From positions 224,001 to 288,000 of the forward strand of contig CAWABA010000001.1 of NCBI GenBank assembly GCA_963780185.1: 64,000 bases of DNA, written 5' to 3'. A program made the position numbers and the translations under genes. Each line of letters begins with the position of its first letter. The first letter of the stretch is position 1. Shown one piece after another: positions 1 through 9,019 of this stretch. The notes below the pieces were generated by a model. That model searched no databases. It saw nothing but the letters and a program-made list of their open reading frames with translations, and was not told where the DNA came from. Source of the DNA: Candidatus Bathyarchaeota archaeon (GTDB lineage Archaea; Thermoproteota; Bathyarchaeia; Bathyarchaeales; Bathycorpusculaceae).

Positions 1-50
1 TCGATGTTGTTTCCGAATTTTATGGCTGGTCCTTTGATTTTCATGTTCAT
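1..50 (-). CDS. leuD: 3-isopropylmalate dehydratase small subunit, N-terminal part only (runs off window)
   Basis: Minus strand reads MNMKIKGPAIKFGNNID, a typical LeuD/HacB start; ATGA overlap with the leuC stop. Confidence 0.8.
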   Translation of the reverse strand, partial: MNMKIKGPAIKFGNNI

Positions 51-1315
51 GCTTTTGCCTCCAGTTTTCTTGGGTCAGTGATTTTTCCTGTTACTGCCGA
101 AGCGGCTACCGTTGCTGGGGAAGCTAGGAATACGCTGGCTTGGGTGCTGCCCATTCTTCCGATGAAGTTGCGGTTTGAGGTGCTGACGCAAGTTTCGTTT
201 GCCGCCAGTAAGCCGATGTGTCCGCCAAGGCATGGTCCGCATGCTGAACCGCAAACTATTGCGCCTGCGTCAATGAAGATATCCATCAAGCCTTCGTCTA
301 AAGCCTGCTTGTAAACTTCTTGCGACGCCGGAATCACAAGTGCCCGAACGCCGTCTTTTACGCGTCTGCCCTTCAGGACTTGAGCTGCTAAACGTAAATC
401 TTCGATTCTGCCGTTGGTGCATGACCCGATGAAAGCCTGCTCAATCGGAACGTCGCCGACTTCTGAAACAGGTTTCACGTTGTCGACTGATGATGGGCAA
501 GCAATCTGCGGCTCCAACTTTGAAACGTCAAAATCCACTGTCCGTTGGTAAACCGCGTCTTTGTCGCTTTTCAAGTCTTCAAAGTTTGGCAGAGTTTTGA
601 CTCTTCCTTCTAGGAATTTGCGGGTTGTTTCGTCGGGTTCGATGATGCCGTTTTTGGCGCCCATCTCCACCGCCATGTTGCACAGCGTCATTCTTCCCGC
701 TATGCTCATGTCTTTTATTGTTGGACCTGTGAATTCGGCGCTTTCGTAGGTGGCGCCGTCAACGCTTACTTTTCCGATTATTGATAAGATCAGGTCTTTC
801 GCGGTGACGTACTTTGGGAATTTCCCTGTCACGTTTATTTTGACGGCTTCAGGGATTTTGAGCCAAATCTTTCCAGTGGCTAAGACTGCCGCTGCTTCGG
901 TTGAGCCTATTCCTGTTGCGAACGCTCCGAATGCTCCGTAAGTGCATGTGTGCGAGTCGGCGCCGACGATTACTGTTCCTGGAACCACGTGTCCCTTTTC
1001 AGGCATGACTTGATGGCAGATTCCGCCTTTGCCCACGTCGTAAATGCGTAGGTTTTGGTCTTTGGCGAATTGACGCATGGTTTTATGCAGTTCCGCGGCT
1101 TTCACGGATTCAGCTGGCACCTGATGGTCCAGTATAACCACTGCTTTTTTGTTGTCCCAAACTTTCTGTACGCCTATTTTTTTGAAGGCTTCAACGGCTA
1201 ATGGCCCAGTTAAATCGTGCACCATTACCATGTCAACGTTTGCGTCGACTATTTCTCCTGGATGCACGGCTTTTTTTCCTGAGGCTTTAGCCAAGATTTT
1301 TTCTGTTATGTTCAT
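47..1315 (-). CDS. leuC: 3-isopropylmalate dehydratase large subunit (archaeal LeuC/HacA family)
   Basis: GADSHTCT, GSCTNGR, CGPCLG and STSNRNF aconitase motifs; ilvBN context favours leuC over hacA. Confidence 0.9.
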   Translation of the reverse strand: MNITEKILAKASGKKAVHPGEIVDANVDMVMVHDLTGPLAVEAFKKIGVQKVWDNKKAVVILDHQVPAESVKAAELHKTMRQFAKDQNLRIYDVGKGGICHQVMPEKGHVVPGTVIVGADSHTCTYGAFGAFATGIGSTEAAAVLATGKIWLKIPEAVKINVTGKFPKYVTAKDLILSIIGKVSVDGATYESAEFTGPTIKDMSIAGRMTLCNMAVEMGAKNGIIEPDETTRKFLEGRVKTLPNFEDLKSDKDAVYQRTVDFDVSKLEPQIACPSSVDNVKPVSEVGDVPIEQAFIGSCTNGRIEDLRLAAQVLKGRRVKDGVRALVIPASQEVYKQALDEGLMDIFIDAGAIVCGSACGPCLGGHIGLLAANETCVSTSNRNFIGRMGSTQASVFLASPATVAASAVTGKITDPRKLEAKA

Positions 1316-1362
1316 TTTTGATTCTCTTCTTCTAACGATTGATTTTTTTGTTTCTGATAACT

Positions 1363-1378
1363 ATGACAAGTTTGTCAT
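1363..1378. promoter_or_regulatory. Palindrome ATGACAA-GT-TTGTCAT between ilvN and leuC
   Basis: Perfect 7-2-7 inverted repeat about 17 nt downstream (minus strand) of a CCTTAATT TATA-like box. Confidence 0.45.
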
Positions 1379-1422
1379 TCTAAGAAAACTTGAAATTAAG
1401 GGTTTCCGTTCACGGCGACGAT

Positions 1423-1935
1423 TTATTCGTCTATTCTTACCGATTTTGCCCCTCTTGCCAACGCTGTTATGCCTGTTCTTGCGAGTTCAATGACGCCTGT
1501 TGCCTTCATCAAGTTTAGGAACGCGTCGAGTTTGTCAGGTGTACCCGTGATTTCTATGGTTAGGCTGTCAGTGGAGACGTCGATGATTCGTCCGCGGAAG
1601 ACTTCTACGCAGTTTATGATGTCTGAGCGGTCTTTGGCGCTGGGAGAGTTAACTTTTATCAGTGCTAGTTCACGCATTACGTAGGTTCCGGGTTCCAGCT
1701 CTTCGACTTTGAGCACATCGATGAGTTTTGCAACTTGCTGGATGACTTGAATTATTGTTCTTTCATCCTCTTTGACTGTGATGGTCATACGCGCGATGTC
1801 TTTTCGCTCGCTTGGGCCAACCGTGATGCTTTCGATGTTAAAGTTTCTACGTCGGAACAGGTTTGAAACTGCGAAGAGGACACCTGGCTTGTTTTCGACA
1901 AGCACCGAAATTATTTTGGTTCTTCCAGGTTCCAT
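1423..1935 (-). CDS. ilvN: Acetolactate synthase small (regulatory) subunit
   Basis: ACT motif ISVLVENKPGVL...RRNFNIESITVG; C-terminal ELARTG. Confidence 0.95.
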   Translation of the reverse strand: MEPGRTKIISVLVENKPGVLFAVSNLFRRRNFNIESITVGPSERKDIARMTITVKEDERTIIQVIQQVAKLIDVLKVEELEPGTYVMRELALIKVNSPSAKDRSDIINCVEVFRGRIIDVSTDSLTIEITGTPDKLDAFLNLMKATGVIELARTGITALARGAKSVRIDE

Positions 1936-3647
1936 CAGTAGTCACCTCTCTGTTGTGGCAAACCGCAGCCCGGCGGGACGAAGGGTACAACGTCGTGCTC
2001 GGAGCCTATTGGCACATCGATTACCGTGGTAACATTACTGGTAAGCGCTGTCTTAACTGCTTTGTGGAATTCCTCGATTGACGTCGCCCGTAGACCCTGC
2101 GCTCCGTAAGCCTCTGCCAACTTGACAAAGTCAGGTGTTTTGCCTAGGTCAATTGCCATGTAGCGGCGTTTGTAGAGCATTCGTTGCCACTGCGCCACCA
2201 TGCCCAGCACTGAATTGTTAAGCACTATGACGATGACGGGGATCTTTTCAGCTACGGAACACGCGAGTTCTTGCTCGGTCATTAGGAAACTGCCGTCGCC
2301 AGCTATGTCCACGACTGCTCTGTCTGGGCAAGCCACTTTTGCTCCTATAGCCGCTGGGAAACCAAAGCCCATGGTTCCAAGTCCGCCTGAACTGATGAAA
2401 GTTCTCGGCTTCAACGCTTGGAAGTATAGGGCTGACCACATTTGGTTTTGACCAACTTCGGTAGTGACGATGGTGTCCGCAGGTAACAGGTTTCTCAGCT
2501 CCATCAGCAGGGCTTTAGGCACTAAGTCTCTGGGTCTGTCTTTTAGCATTGGGCTTAACTGCTCTTTGGCTTCTCTAACACGCTTAGACCACAAGCTAAC
2601 TTTCATCCTTGGCAGCTTCTTTGTTGTAGCAGCCAGCAGATGCTTCAGCGACACTTTAGCGTCTCCAACGATTGGAACGTCAACTTCAATGTTCTTGCCG
2701 ATTTCCGCCGCATCAATGTCTATGTGAATCTTTTTGGCGTTGGGCGCAAAAGTGTCTAAATTGGCGGTTGCACGGTCAGAAAACCTTGTTCCAATGGCTA
2801 GCAGCACGTCGGCTTCGCCAATCAACCTGTTTGCAGCTGGGTTTCCATGCATCCCTATGCATCCAATTGACAGGGGGTGACATTCAGGAAAAGCGCCCTT
2901 ACCCATGAAAGTTGTCGCAACTGGCGCCATCAACAAATCTGACATCTGCATCAATTCGTCGGAGGCATTGGAAGAAATGACTCCGCCGCCAGCCAGAATC
3001 ATCGGGTATTCAGCCTCCGCCAGTAAATCCGCTGCCGCGCTGATTTTAGACAGGTCTGGCTCTAAGGCTGGTTTGTAGCCTCGGGCTTCGATTTTCTCTG
3101 TAATTCCCAGGTTTACTTCGGCGATGTCTGACTGCACGTTTTTAGGTATATCAATCAGGACTGGTCCAGGTCTGCCTGAGGACGCTATGTAGAATGCGGC
3201 GTTAACCATCGGTTGGATATCCGCGATGCTTCGCGGCTGATAATTATGCTTAGTGATGGGTGTGGTGATGCCGATGATGTCTGCTTCTTGGAAGGCGTCT
3301 CTGCCAATCATGTACGAAGAGTTGACGCCGCTAGAAGGAACCTGCCCTGTTATGGCTATCATCGGCGACGAATCCATAAACGCATTCGCGATTCCCGTAA
3401 CCAAGTTTGTCGCTCCAGGTCCCGACGTTGCCATGCAGACTCCTACTCGTCCGCTGGCTCTTGCGTAGCCTTCGGCGGCGTGTGCTGCTCCTTGCTCGTG
3501 TCTAGCGAGTATGTGCCTGATTTTCTCGTTGCCGCAGAGGGCATCGTACACTGGCAGTATGGCTCCGCCTAAGATGCCGAATATGACGTCGACGTTTTGT
3601 TTTTCAAGGGAATCTAAGAGTACTTTGGCTCCGCTCATTTTAGTCAT
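1935..3647 (-). CDS. ilvB: Acetolactate synthase large subunit
   Basis: RHEQGAAHAAEGYAR, TSGPGATN, and the TPP-binding motif GDGSF...NN. Confidence 0.95.
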   Translation of the reverse strand: MTKMSGAKVLLDSLEKQNVDVIFGILGGAILPVYDALCGNEKIRHILARHEQGAAHAAEGYARASGRVGVCMATSGPGATNLVTGIANAFMDSSPMIAITGQVPSSGVNSSYMIGRDAFQEADIIGITTPITKHNYQPRSIADIQPMVNAAFYIASSGRPGPVLIDIPKNVQSDIAEVNLGITEKIEARGYKPALEPDLSKISAAADLLAEAEYPMILAGGGVISSNASDELMQMSDLLMAPVATTFMGKGAFPECHPLSIGCIGMHGNPAANRLIGEADVLLAIGTRFSDRATANLDTFAPNAKKIHIDIDAAEIGKNIEVDVPIVGDAKVSLKHLLAATTKKLPRMKVSLWSKRVREAKEQLSPMLKDRPRDLVPKALLMELRNLLPADTIVTTEVGQNQMWSALYFQALKPRTFISSGGLGTMGFGFPAAIGAKVACPDRAVVDIAGDGSFLMTEQELACSVAEKIPVIVIVLNNSVLGMVAQWQRMLYKRRYMAIDLGKTPDFVKLAEAYGAQGLRATSIEEFHKAVKTALTSNVTTVIDVPIGSEHDVVPFVPPGCGLPQQRGDY

Positions 3648-3743
3648 TTCATCGTTTCTCCTTTGTGAAAACTATACTCTCGTCTAAAGAAAGAAATGTT
3701 TGAAAATATTTGAGTGGCTGTTTCAGAGGGTTTCCTGGGTGAA

Positions 3744-3800
3744 TCAAAGAATAAGTACCCGACGATCCCAGCGATTGAGGTGACGATCCCTCATTTTCAT
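3744..3800 (-). promoter_or_regulatory. Putative leader-peptide uORF MKMRDRHLNRWDRRVLIL* upstream of ilvB
   Basis: Read directly from the minus strand; GAGG lies 7 nt before the second ATG (3794); last four codons GTA CTT ATT CTT encode V-L-I-L. Confidence 0.55.
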
Positions 3801-3971
3801 GCCTCGTTAAATATTCCTTAAAAATAAACTGCTGAATCAATAAAAAGCTTGTGGTTAACGTTTAGTTGGATTCAATTTTTTGCGGGAAAAACCTTTTGTT
3901 TTTGGAGGTTTTTTCCTATTTTTTGGAAAGCCCTTATTACACAGAACAACTTTTTTCTTAGCTTGACCATT

Positions 3972-4157
3972 ATGTGCGAATTTAACGTTATTCTTGATGG
4001 AAAAACCCAGTTTAAAGATGTGATTTACGTTAAGGTTGACGGCGACAACGTGACGGTGAAGAACATTATGGGCGAATCAAAAGAGTTCAAAGGATGCAAA
4101 ATCACTGAGGTAGACGTCAACTACACTCGGCTGGTACTTGCGCGAGTAAAGCCCTAA
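3972..4157 (+). CDS. CooT-family nickel-binding protein
   Basis: MCE N-terminus, 61 aa, beta-rich; start moved to ATG 3972. Confidence 0.75.
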   Translation: MCEFNVILDGKTQFKDVIYVKVDGDNVTVKNIMGESKEFKGCKITEVDVNYTRLVLARVKP

Positions 4158-4275
4158 TTCTCGTTGATCTTGCGTTCTGAACCTTTTTTACTGCAAAGCA
4201 GCCTTTTGCCTAACGCATATTCAAGCTTTAAACCAAAAAAGCAACCCAAAACAAGCTCTGACGAAAACTCTCTAT

Positions 4276-4340
4276 CGAGGAGGGGTACCCCATTTTTACA
4301 TCAAAAAACCAATGTAAAAATGGGTCAAAAAGACCGAGGG
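4276..4340 (+). repeat. Dispersed intergenic element (AGGGGTACCCCATTTTTACA) with a 13-bp perfect stem
   Basis: 4281-4300 matches the reverse complement of 21260-21279 at 19/20; CCCATTTTTACAT (4289-4301) pairs with ATGTAAAAATGGG (4312-4324). Confidence 0.65.
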
Positions 4341-4551
4341 AGACGGTCCACTGTTTGTGAACCGAAACAACCACAAAAATTATCTACGCTGAAAAAGCAG
4401 GATATTTGCCAAGTTGAGTCAAAGCCTTATCAACTAGCAAGGGTTCAGCCAGTTGTTAACTCAACCTGAAAGTTGGGTTTTCTGGCTTTATATATTTTGA
4501 AACCAAATAGTTTAAGTAAACATGGCAGGTCAACTTGGAAAGGAAGCGTAG

Positions 4552-5232
4552 ATGAGCAGCAGGCAAGAGTTCGAAGAGGACTTAACGTTTTTTCTGTCAA
4601 GGTTAACAGTCGATTCCGATGAGATAGTTAAAAACAAACTTAACGTCCTCAAAAACTGTCTCGTAGACTTGCGGAAAGCAAACATTGTAAAAATCAACCA
4701 TTCCGTGATGGAGCTCGCCTGCGCCAAATACCTAGTCACGAAAGGCTACGAGGTCCAGATCGAACATGTCCTCAACGAGATTTTAACCTGCGACCTGTTC
4801 GCAACCAAAGGCTTGGGAAACCTTATTGTTGAGGTTGAAACAGGCTTCATCCCGCCTGAAAACGCCCTGGCGCCGCTGACGTATACTTCTGCGCGTTTGG
4901 CGAGCAAAATAATCCGTTACAGCAGCTTCGCGGGGAAATTCGCGTTGGGCGTTCCACCCCACTACATCCTGCCTTTCCCCCGCGCTTTAGCTAAGCCGCC
5001 GCGGAACCGTGAAGACTGGGAAATCCAGCAGATAAAGCGGCTCTGCGACGCGTACTATCAGAAGCCGCCTGTGACGATTGAAGAAATAAGAAACGCGCGA
5101 ATCCATGAAATCTACATCATCGACGTGGACCACGCGAAAGTCCAGGAAATCGATCCTGAAGCCTACTTGAAAAGAGCCATTCAAAGAGGCATCGTCTACG
5201 ATTACATGCCCGCCGAGGTAAGGGGGCAATAA
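4552..5232 (+). CDS. Hypothetical protein with PD-(D/E)XK-like core
   Basis: GYEVQIEH...CDLFATKG...IVEVETG pattern; 226 aa. Confidence 0.6.
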   Translation: MSSRQEFEEDLTFFLSRLTVDSDEIVKNKLNVLKNCLVDLRKANIVKINHSVMELACAKYLVTKGYEVQIEHVLNEILTCDLFATKGLGNLIVEVETGFIPPENALAPLTYTSARLASKIIRYSSFAGKFALGVPPHYILPFPRALAKPPRNREDWEIQQIKRLCDAYYQKPPVTIEEIRNARIHEIYIIDVDHAKVQEIDPEAYLKRAIQRGIVYDYMPAEVRGQ

Positions 5233-5235
5233 CCG

Positions 5236-5490
5236 GTGTCTTTCTGCGTTTACATTCTTCTATGCAGCGACGGCAGCTTCTACACGGGCTACACCAAAGA
5301 TTTGGAGGCAAGAACAAAACTGCACCTGAACGGCAACGGAGCAAGATACACCAAATCACACAAGCCAGAGAAAATCGGGTACACGGAGCTGTTCAACTCC
5401 AGAAGCGAAGCGATGAAACGCGAAAGGGAAATAAAAAAGCTAAGCCACCAGCAAAAACAAGACCTTGTCAACTCACAAAACAAGAAATAA
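5236..5490 (+). CDS. GIY-YIG nuclease family protein (UPF0213/YazA-like)
   Basis: VYILLCSDGSFYTGYT...GARYTK...AMKREREIK. Confidence 0.9.
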   Translation: MSFCVYILLCSDGSFYTGYTKDLEARTKLHLNGNGARYTKSHKPEKIGYTELFNSRSEAMKREREIKKLSHQQKQDLVNSQNKK

Positions 5491-5532
5491 CCTTTCCTCA
5501 CCACCAGCGCCTTGGACCTAAAAGCTGCTGTG

Positions 5533-6774
5533 TTAGAGTATTAGCGTTAATGCTGCGCCGGTGATTACTGGAATCAGTACGTTGTCGTTTATCGGCAACG
5601 GGAGCACTTCAACGGTCATTGCTATTGCTGCGCCTGCAAGAGCCACAAGCGGCTTACCCGGTAAGAAGAACATGCCTGCTAAAAACGCGAAAAACAGCCC
5701 TGCCAAAGAGCCCTCCCAAGTTTTTCCCTTGTTAAAAGGCAAAGACGTCGAAATTAAACCTCCGAAAAGTGACGCTGTGCTGTCGCCAAGGCAAAACATG
5801 GCTATTGCCGCGGAACTTGCTTGATGGGGAAAAACAACTAAGGTAAACAGGATGCCGCCGGCAAAATACAGAGGTGCCGCCGCGAATCCGTGCAGTTCAG
5901 ACTGAGACGCTGCATGGCGGGTCACTGCCGAAACAAAAGTCAGATTTCTGCCTTCTAGGCGCCAAAGCTCAGAAATGGTGTATACCAACGCGATTAGGAA
6001 AATTAGGGTGCCGACTGCGGGTACTCCGATTAAGCTGGCGATGACTGGCATGAAAACCCCGGATGCGTGGATGTCTTCTCGAACAAAATCGTTTGTCGAT
6101 GGGAACGAGCGTTTGCGTGGTTTTCCGTCTATTATCGGGATGATTGCGGAAAGCTTGCCGTTTACCACTCTGTCTGCCTTAACCCGTAGGACGAAATCAG
6201 GGTTAAAACCGATTTTCAGCATTCCAGGCAGGTACATGCAGCGGTTGTTTCTGTCGTCAGCAACTACAACGCAGTCCCGCAACCTCAGGTTCTCAGCCGT
6301 CATTATCTGGGCAACAATCTTCAGTTTTCCGTCAGGTTGAATCGCGTCACCCCAGATTTTGCCCGTTAACACGCCATCTGCAGTTTCAACTTCAACCCCG
6401 TAAGCGTACTCCGCACCTAAGGCTGTGGCTAGTTCTTTAACGACAACTGTGGGTAATCCCGAGCTGATTAAGGCAATCTTGCAGTTTCTTGCTTTTATCT
6501 GTGAAAAGATGCCTTTAAGGTAGGTTGTTGACGAGATTTTCTCGAAAGCTTCCGTGAGAACTTCAACCTTAACCCCTTTCAATTCGTTGAACAAGCGGTT
6601 TAGCACTAAATCAAGTCTGAGAATTCCTGTTTCATAGAGGGAACCGAAGAATAGAAGCTTAATCAGCCTAACGAAGCCTAGTTTCTTCCCAACTTCAAAT
6701 AAGAAGCGGTTTTTCGGAACAAGAACCCCTTCAACATCGAATACCACAAGCCTAGTTTTCTCTGACGCAACCAT
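5533..6774 (-). CDS. Fusion of a SerB-like HAD hydrolase and a CTP-dependent polyprenol/phytol/dolichol kinase-like membrane domain
   Basis: N-terminal FDVEGVL, LISSG, K and ADD HAD motifs; C-terminal TM domain with GD..ASLFG, KGKTWEGS and NDN. Confidence 0.75.
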   Translation of the reverse strand: MVASEKTRLVVFDVEGVLVPKNRFLFEVGKKLGFVRLIKLLFFGSLYETGILRLDLVLNRLFNELKGVKVEVLTEAFEKISSTTYLKGIFSQIKARNCKIALISSGLPTVVVKELATALGAEYAYGVEVETADGVLTGKIWGDAIQPDGKLKIVAQIMTAENLRLRDCVVVADDRNNRCMYLPGMLKIGFNPDFVLRVKADRVVNGKLSAIIPIIDGKPRKRSFPSTNDFVREDIHASGVFMPVIASLIGVPAVGTLIFLIALVYTISELWRLEGRNLTFVSAVTRHAASQSELHGFAAAPLYFAGGILFTLVVFPHQASSAAIAMFCLGDSTASLFGGLISTSLPFNKGKTWEGSLAGLFFAFLAGMFFLPGKPLVALAGAAIAMTVEVLPLPINDNVLIPVITGAALTLIL

Positions 6775-6894
6775 TTCTCTCTAAACTCACAAGTCAGCCT
6801 CGCTGCCTAAACAGGAAATGGTAACTTGTTAAAGATAAATTATACTGTCAAGCCGAAAGCAGACGCGAAAGTTTCATTTGAAAATCTGTCGGTG

Positions 6895-7680
6895 CTATTC
6901 TTTTCTGAATTTGGCGGCTCGATTAGCGATTAAAGTTGCTGCTGCGCCCGCTGCGACTCCCGCGTCAATGTTGACGACAGATAAACCCAGCGAGCATGAC
7001 TGCAGCATAGCCATCAGGGTGCTTACTCCTTTTTCGCCGAAGCCGTAGCTGTTGGAGGTTGGAACCGCGATCACGGGAACATTAACCATGCCGGCGACGA
7101 CGGAGGATAGGGCGCCTTCCCTGCCTGCGACGACAACTATGACGTCAACGTCCTTCATGATTAAGTCCTTCAGAGGCGCAAGCAACCTGTGGATGCCTGC
7201 CACACCTAAATCGTAAGAAGCATAAACTTCGCAGCCCATCTCTTCGGCAATAACTTTTGCCTCTTCCGCAACAGGAATGTCAGACGTGCCCGCCGTTAGA
7301 ATCCCCACTTTTCCACCTGTACTTTTCACGGAGAACCCCTTGGTTTTTACGACGGCTATTCTTGCTCTCTCATTCACCGAAAACACCGCCTCTTGAGGTA
7401 ACGCGTTTTTGAGCGCTTGAATTTGCTGTTGGTTGCATCTGCTGACTATGACTCTTCCGCATTCCCCCATCATCCGCAGGGTTATGTCAACAACGTCCTC
7501 TGTCGTCTTGTTTTCCGCCAAGATTACTTCAGGAATGCCTTTTCTCTGTTCCCTGTTAAAATCTATCTTCGCCATACCTTCAAGCTCAGCGACGGCTTGC
7601 AGACGCACAAGTTTTTCGGCTTCTTCAGCCGTCAACTCGCCTTTAGCTGTTTTTTCCAAAATATCCTTCAGCGCGCTCAT
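6895..7680 (-). CDS. larB: Nickel pincer cofactor biosynthesis protein LarB
   Basis: GIPEVI, AGTSDIPVAEEA, DLGVAGIHRL, AGREGAL, PTSNSYG, ML.SCS.G..VVNID. Confidence 0.92.
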   Translation of the reverse strand: MSALKDILEKTAKGELTAEEAEKLVRLQAVAELEGMAKIDFNREQRKGIPEVILAENKTTEDVVDITLRMMGECGRVIVSRCNQQQIQALKNALPQEAVFSVNERARIAVVKTKGFSVKSTGGKVGILTAGTSDIPVAEEAKVIAEEMGCEVYASYDLGVAGIHRLLAPLKDLIMKDVDVIVVVAGREGALSSVVAGMVNVPVIAVPTSNSYGFGEKGVSTLMAMLQSCSLGLSVVNIDAGVAAGAAATLIANRAAKFRKE

Positions 7681-7758
7681 GGATTAGTCACTTGCATAGA
7701 AACCACAAGTAATATATCGTTTTTGCCTTTTTTAATATTAGCAAGCGGTCGAAAGATA

Positions 7759-9009
7759 ATGGTGGAGTTTTCTAAAATAGTTATCGTTGACTGCCAGGTA
7801 GCTGGCGTTTCTGGAGATATGATGCTGGGCGCGTTGCTGGATCTTGGCGCAAACAAAGAGAAAGTTACCGCCGCCATAAAAAGCCTGGAAAACGCCGAAT
7901 GCGGCTACAAAAACGTCGAGGTAAATATCGAGCATGTCATGCGAAGGGGGTTCAGGGCAACCAAAGTCGACGTTACCGCCGAAGGAAAATCAAGAAAAGA
8001 TGGCGCACAACTAATCGCGATTGTTGAGAAAACATCGGAGAAGCTGGAGCTTTCCGCCAAAGCAAGGCAGTTCGCCTCAAACGTCATTCACACGCTCGTT
8101 GACGCTGAAGCGAAACTTCACGGGCACCACTTAGCCGACGTACATCTGCACGAGGTCGGGTTGGTTGATACCGCCGCAGAAATCATCGGGTCGGCAGTTG
8201 CCATGGAAGACCTCGGCTTCTTCAACGCAAAAATTTTTTCGACACCCGTTTCCGTAGGCGGCGGGCTCTTTGAGTTTTCGCATGGCACCGTTTCAAGCCC
8301 CTCGCCCGCGGCTTTAGCCATTTTTCAATCTAAAAATTTCCCGATTAAAGGGGGACCCGTCGAGTCAGAGTTAGCTACACCTACAGGGGCATCATTAATA
8401 GTTAATTTGGCGGAGGAAGTAAGCCGTTTTTACCCTGAGATGGCTCCGCTGAAGGTAGGTTACGGCGCAGGTGGAAAAGATTTTGCTGAGATTCCAAATG
8501 TTCTTCGAATCGTGATAGGTAAACCTTTAGGGAACTGCCTAGTGAATGACCAGATTGCGGAGTTGGAAACTAATATCGATGACGTTTCAGGCGAAATCGT
8601 GGGGCACGCCGTAGATAGGCTTCTCGCTGAAGGGGCAAAGGACGTGTGCGTGATTCCCATGTTCACCAAAAAGAGTAGGCCCGGGCAAATAATCAAAGTC
8701 ATCGCTGACCAAAAAGATGCCAAACGCCTCTCCCGCGTGCTGATCGAAGAGACAGGCACGCTGGGCGTCCGAGTTTCTCTTTGCGAAAGACACATTATGA
8801 ACAGGGAATCATCCTCGGTTGAAATCATCGTCGGCGGAGCAAAGGAGACTGTGAAAGTCAAAATCGCCAAAGACGCACAGGGAAACATCATACGAATAAA
8901 ACCCGAGTACGATGACCTCAAAAAATTGGCGGAAAAAACCCACAAACCGCTTCGAGAGCTTGCTGAGATGGCGGTTTCAAAGGCAAGGGAAGCCTTCATC
9001 AAAGAGTAG
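7759..9009 (+). CDS. larC: Nickel insertion protein LarC (single unsplit ORF)
   Basis: AGVSGDMMLGALLDLG, HLHEVG, ELATPTGA, ETNIDD, ETGTLGVR, KPEYDD; start at ATG 7759. Confidence 0.92.
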   Translation: MVEFSKIVIVDCQVAGVSGDMMLGALLDLGANKEKVTAAIKSLENAECGYKNVEVNIEHVMRRGFRATKVDVTAEGKSRKDGAQLIAIVEKTSEKLELSAKARQFASNVIHTLVDAEAKLHGHHLADVHLHEVGLVDTAAEIIGSAVAMEDLGFFNAKIFSTPVSVGGGLFEFSHGTVSSPSPAALAIFQSKNFPIKGGPVESELATPTGASLIVNLAEEVSRFYPEMAPLKVGYGAGGKDFAEIPNVLRIVIGKPLGNCLVNDQIAELETNIDDVSGEIVGHAVDRLLAEGAKDVCVIPMFTKKSRPGQIIKVIADQKDAKRLSRVLIEETGTLGVRVSLCERHIMNRESSSVEIIVGGAKETVKVKIAKDAQGNIIRIKPEYDDLKKLAEKTHKPLRELAEMAVSKAREAFIKE

Positions 9010-9019
9010 GTTGTCTCGC

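Noticed and set aside
3649-3840. 63-aa ORF upstream of ilvB
   Set aside because: It starts at the TATA-like box with no SD and has no recognisable features; the short VLIL uORF in another frame is better supported
4164-4469. 101-aa ORF in the CooT-downstream gap
   Set aside because: It runs through the repeat/hairpin element and has low-complexity, non-protein-like composition
7417-7758. 114-aa N-terminal extension of LarC in the ORF track
   Set aside because: It overlaps larB on the opposite strand; the LarC motif begins after ATG 7759
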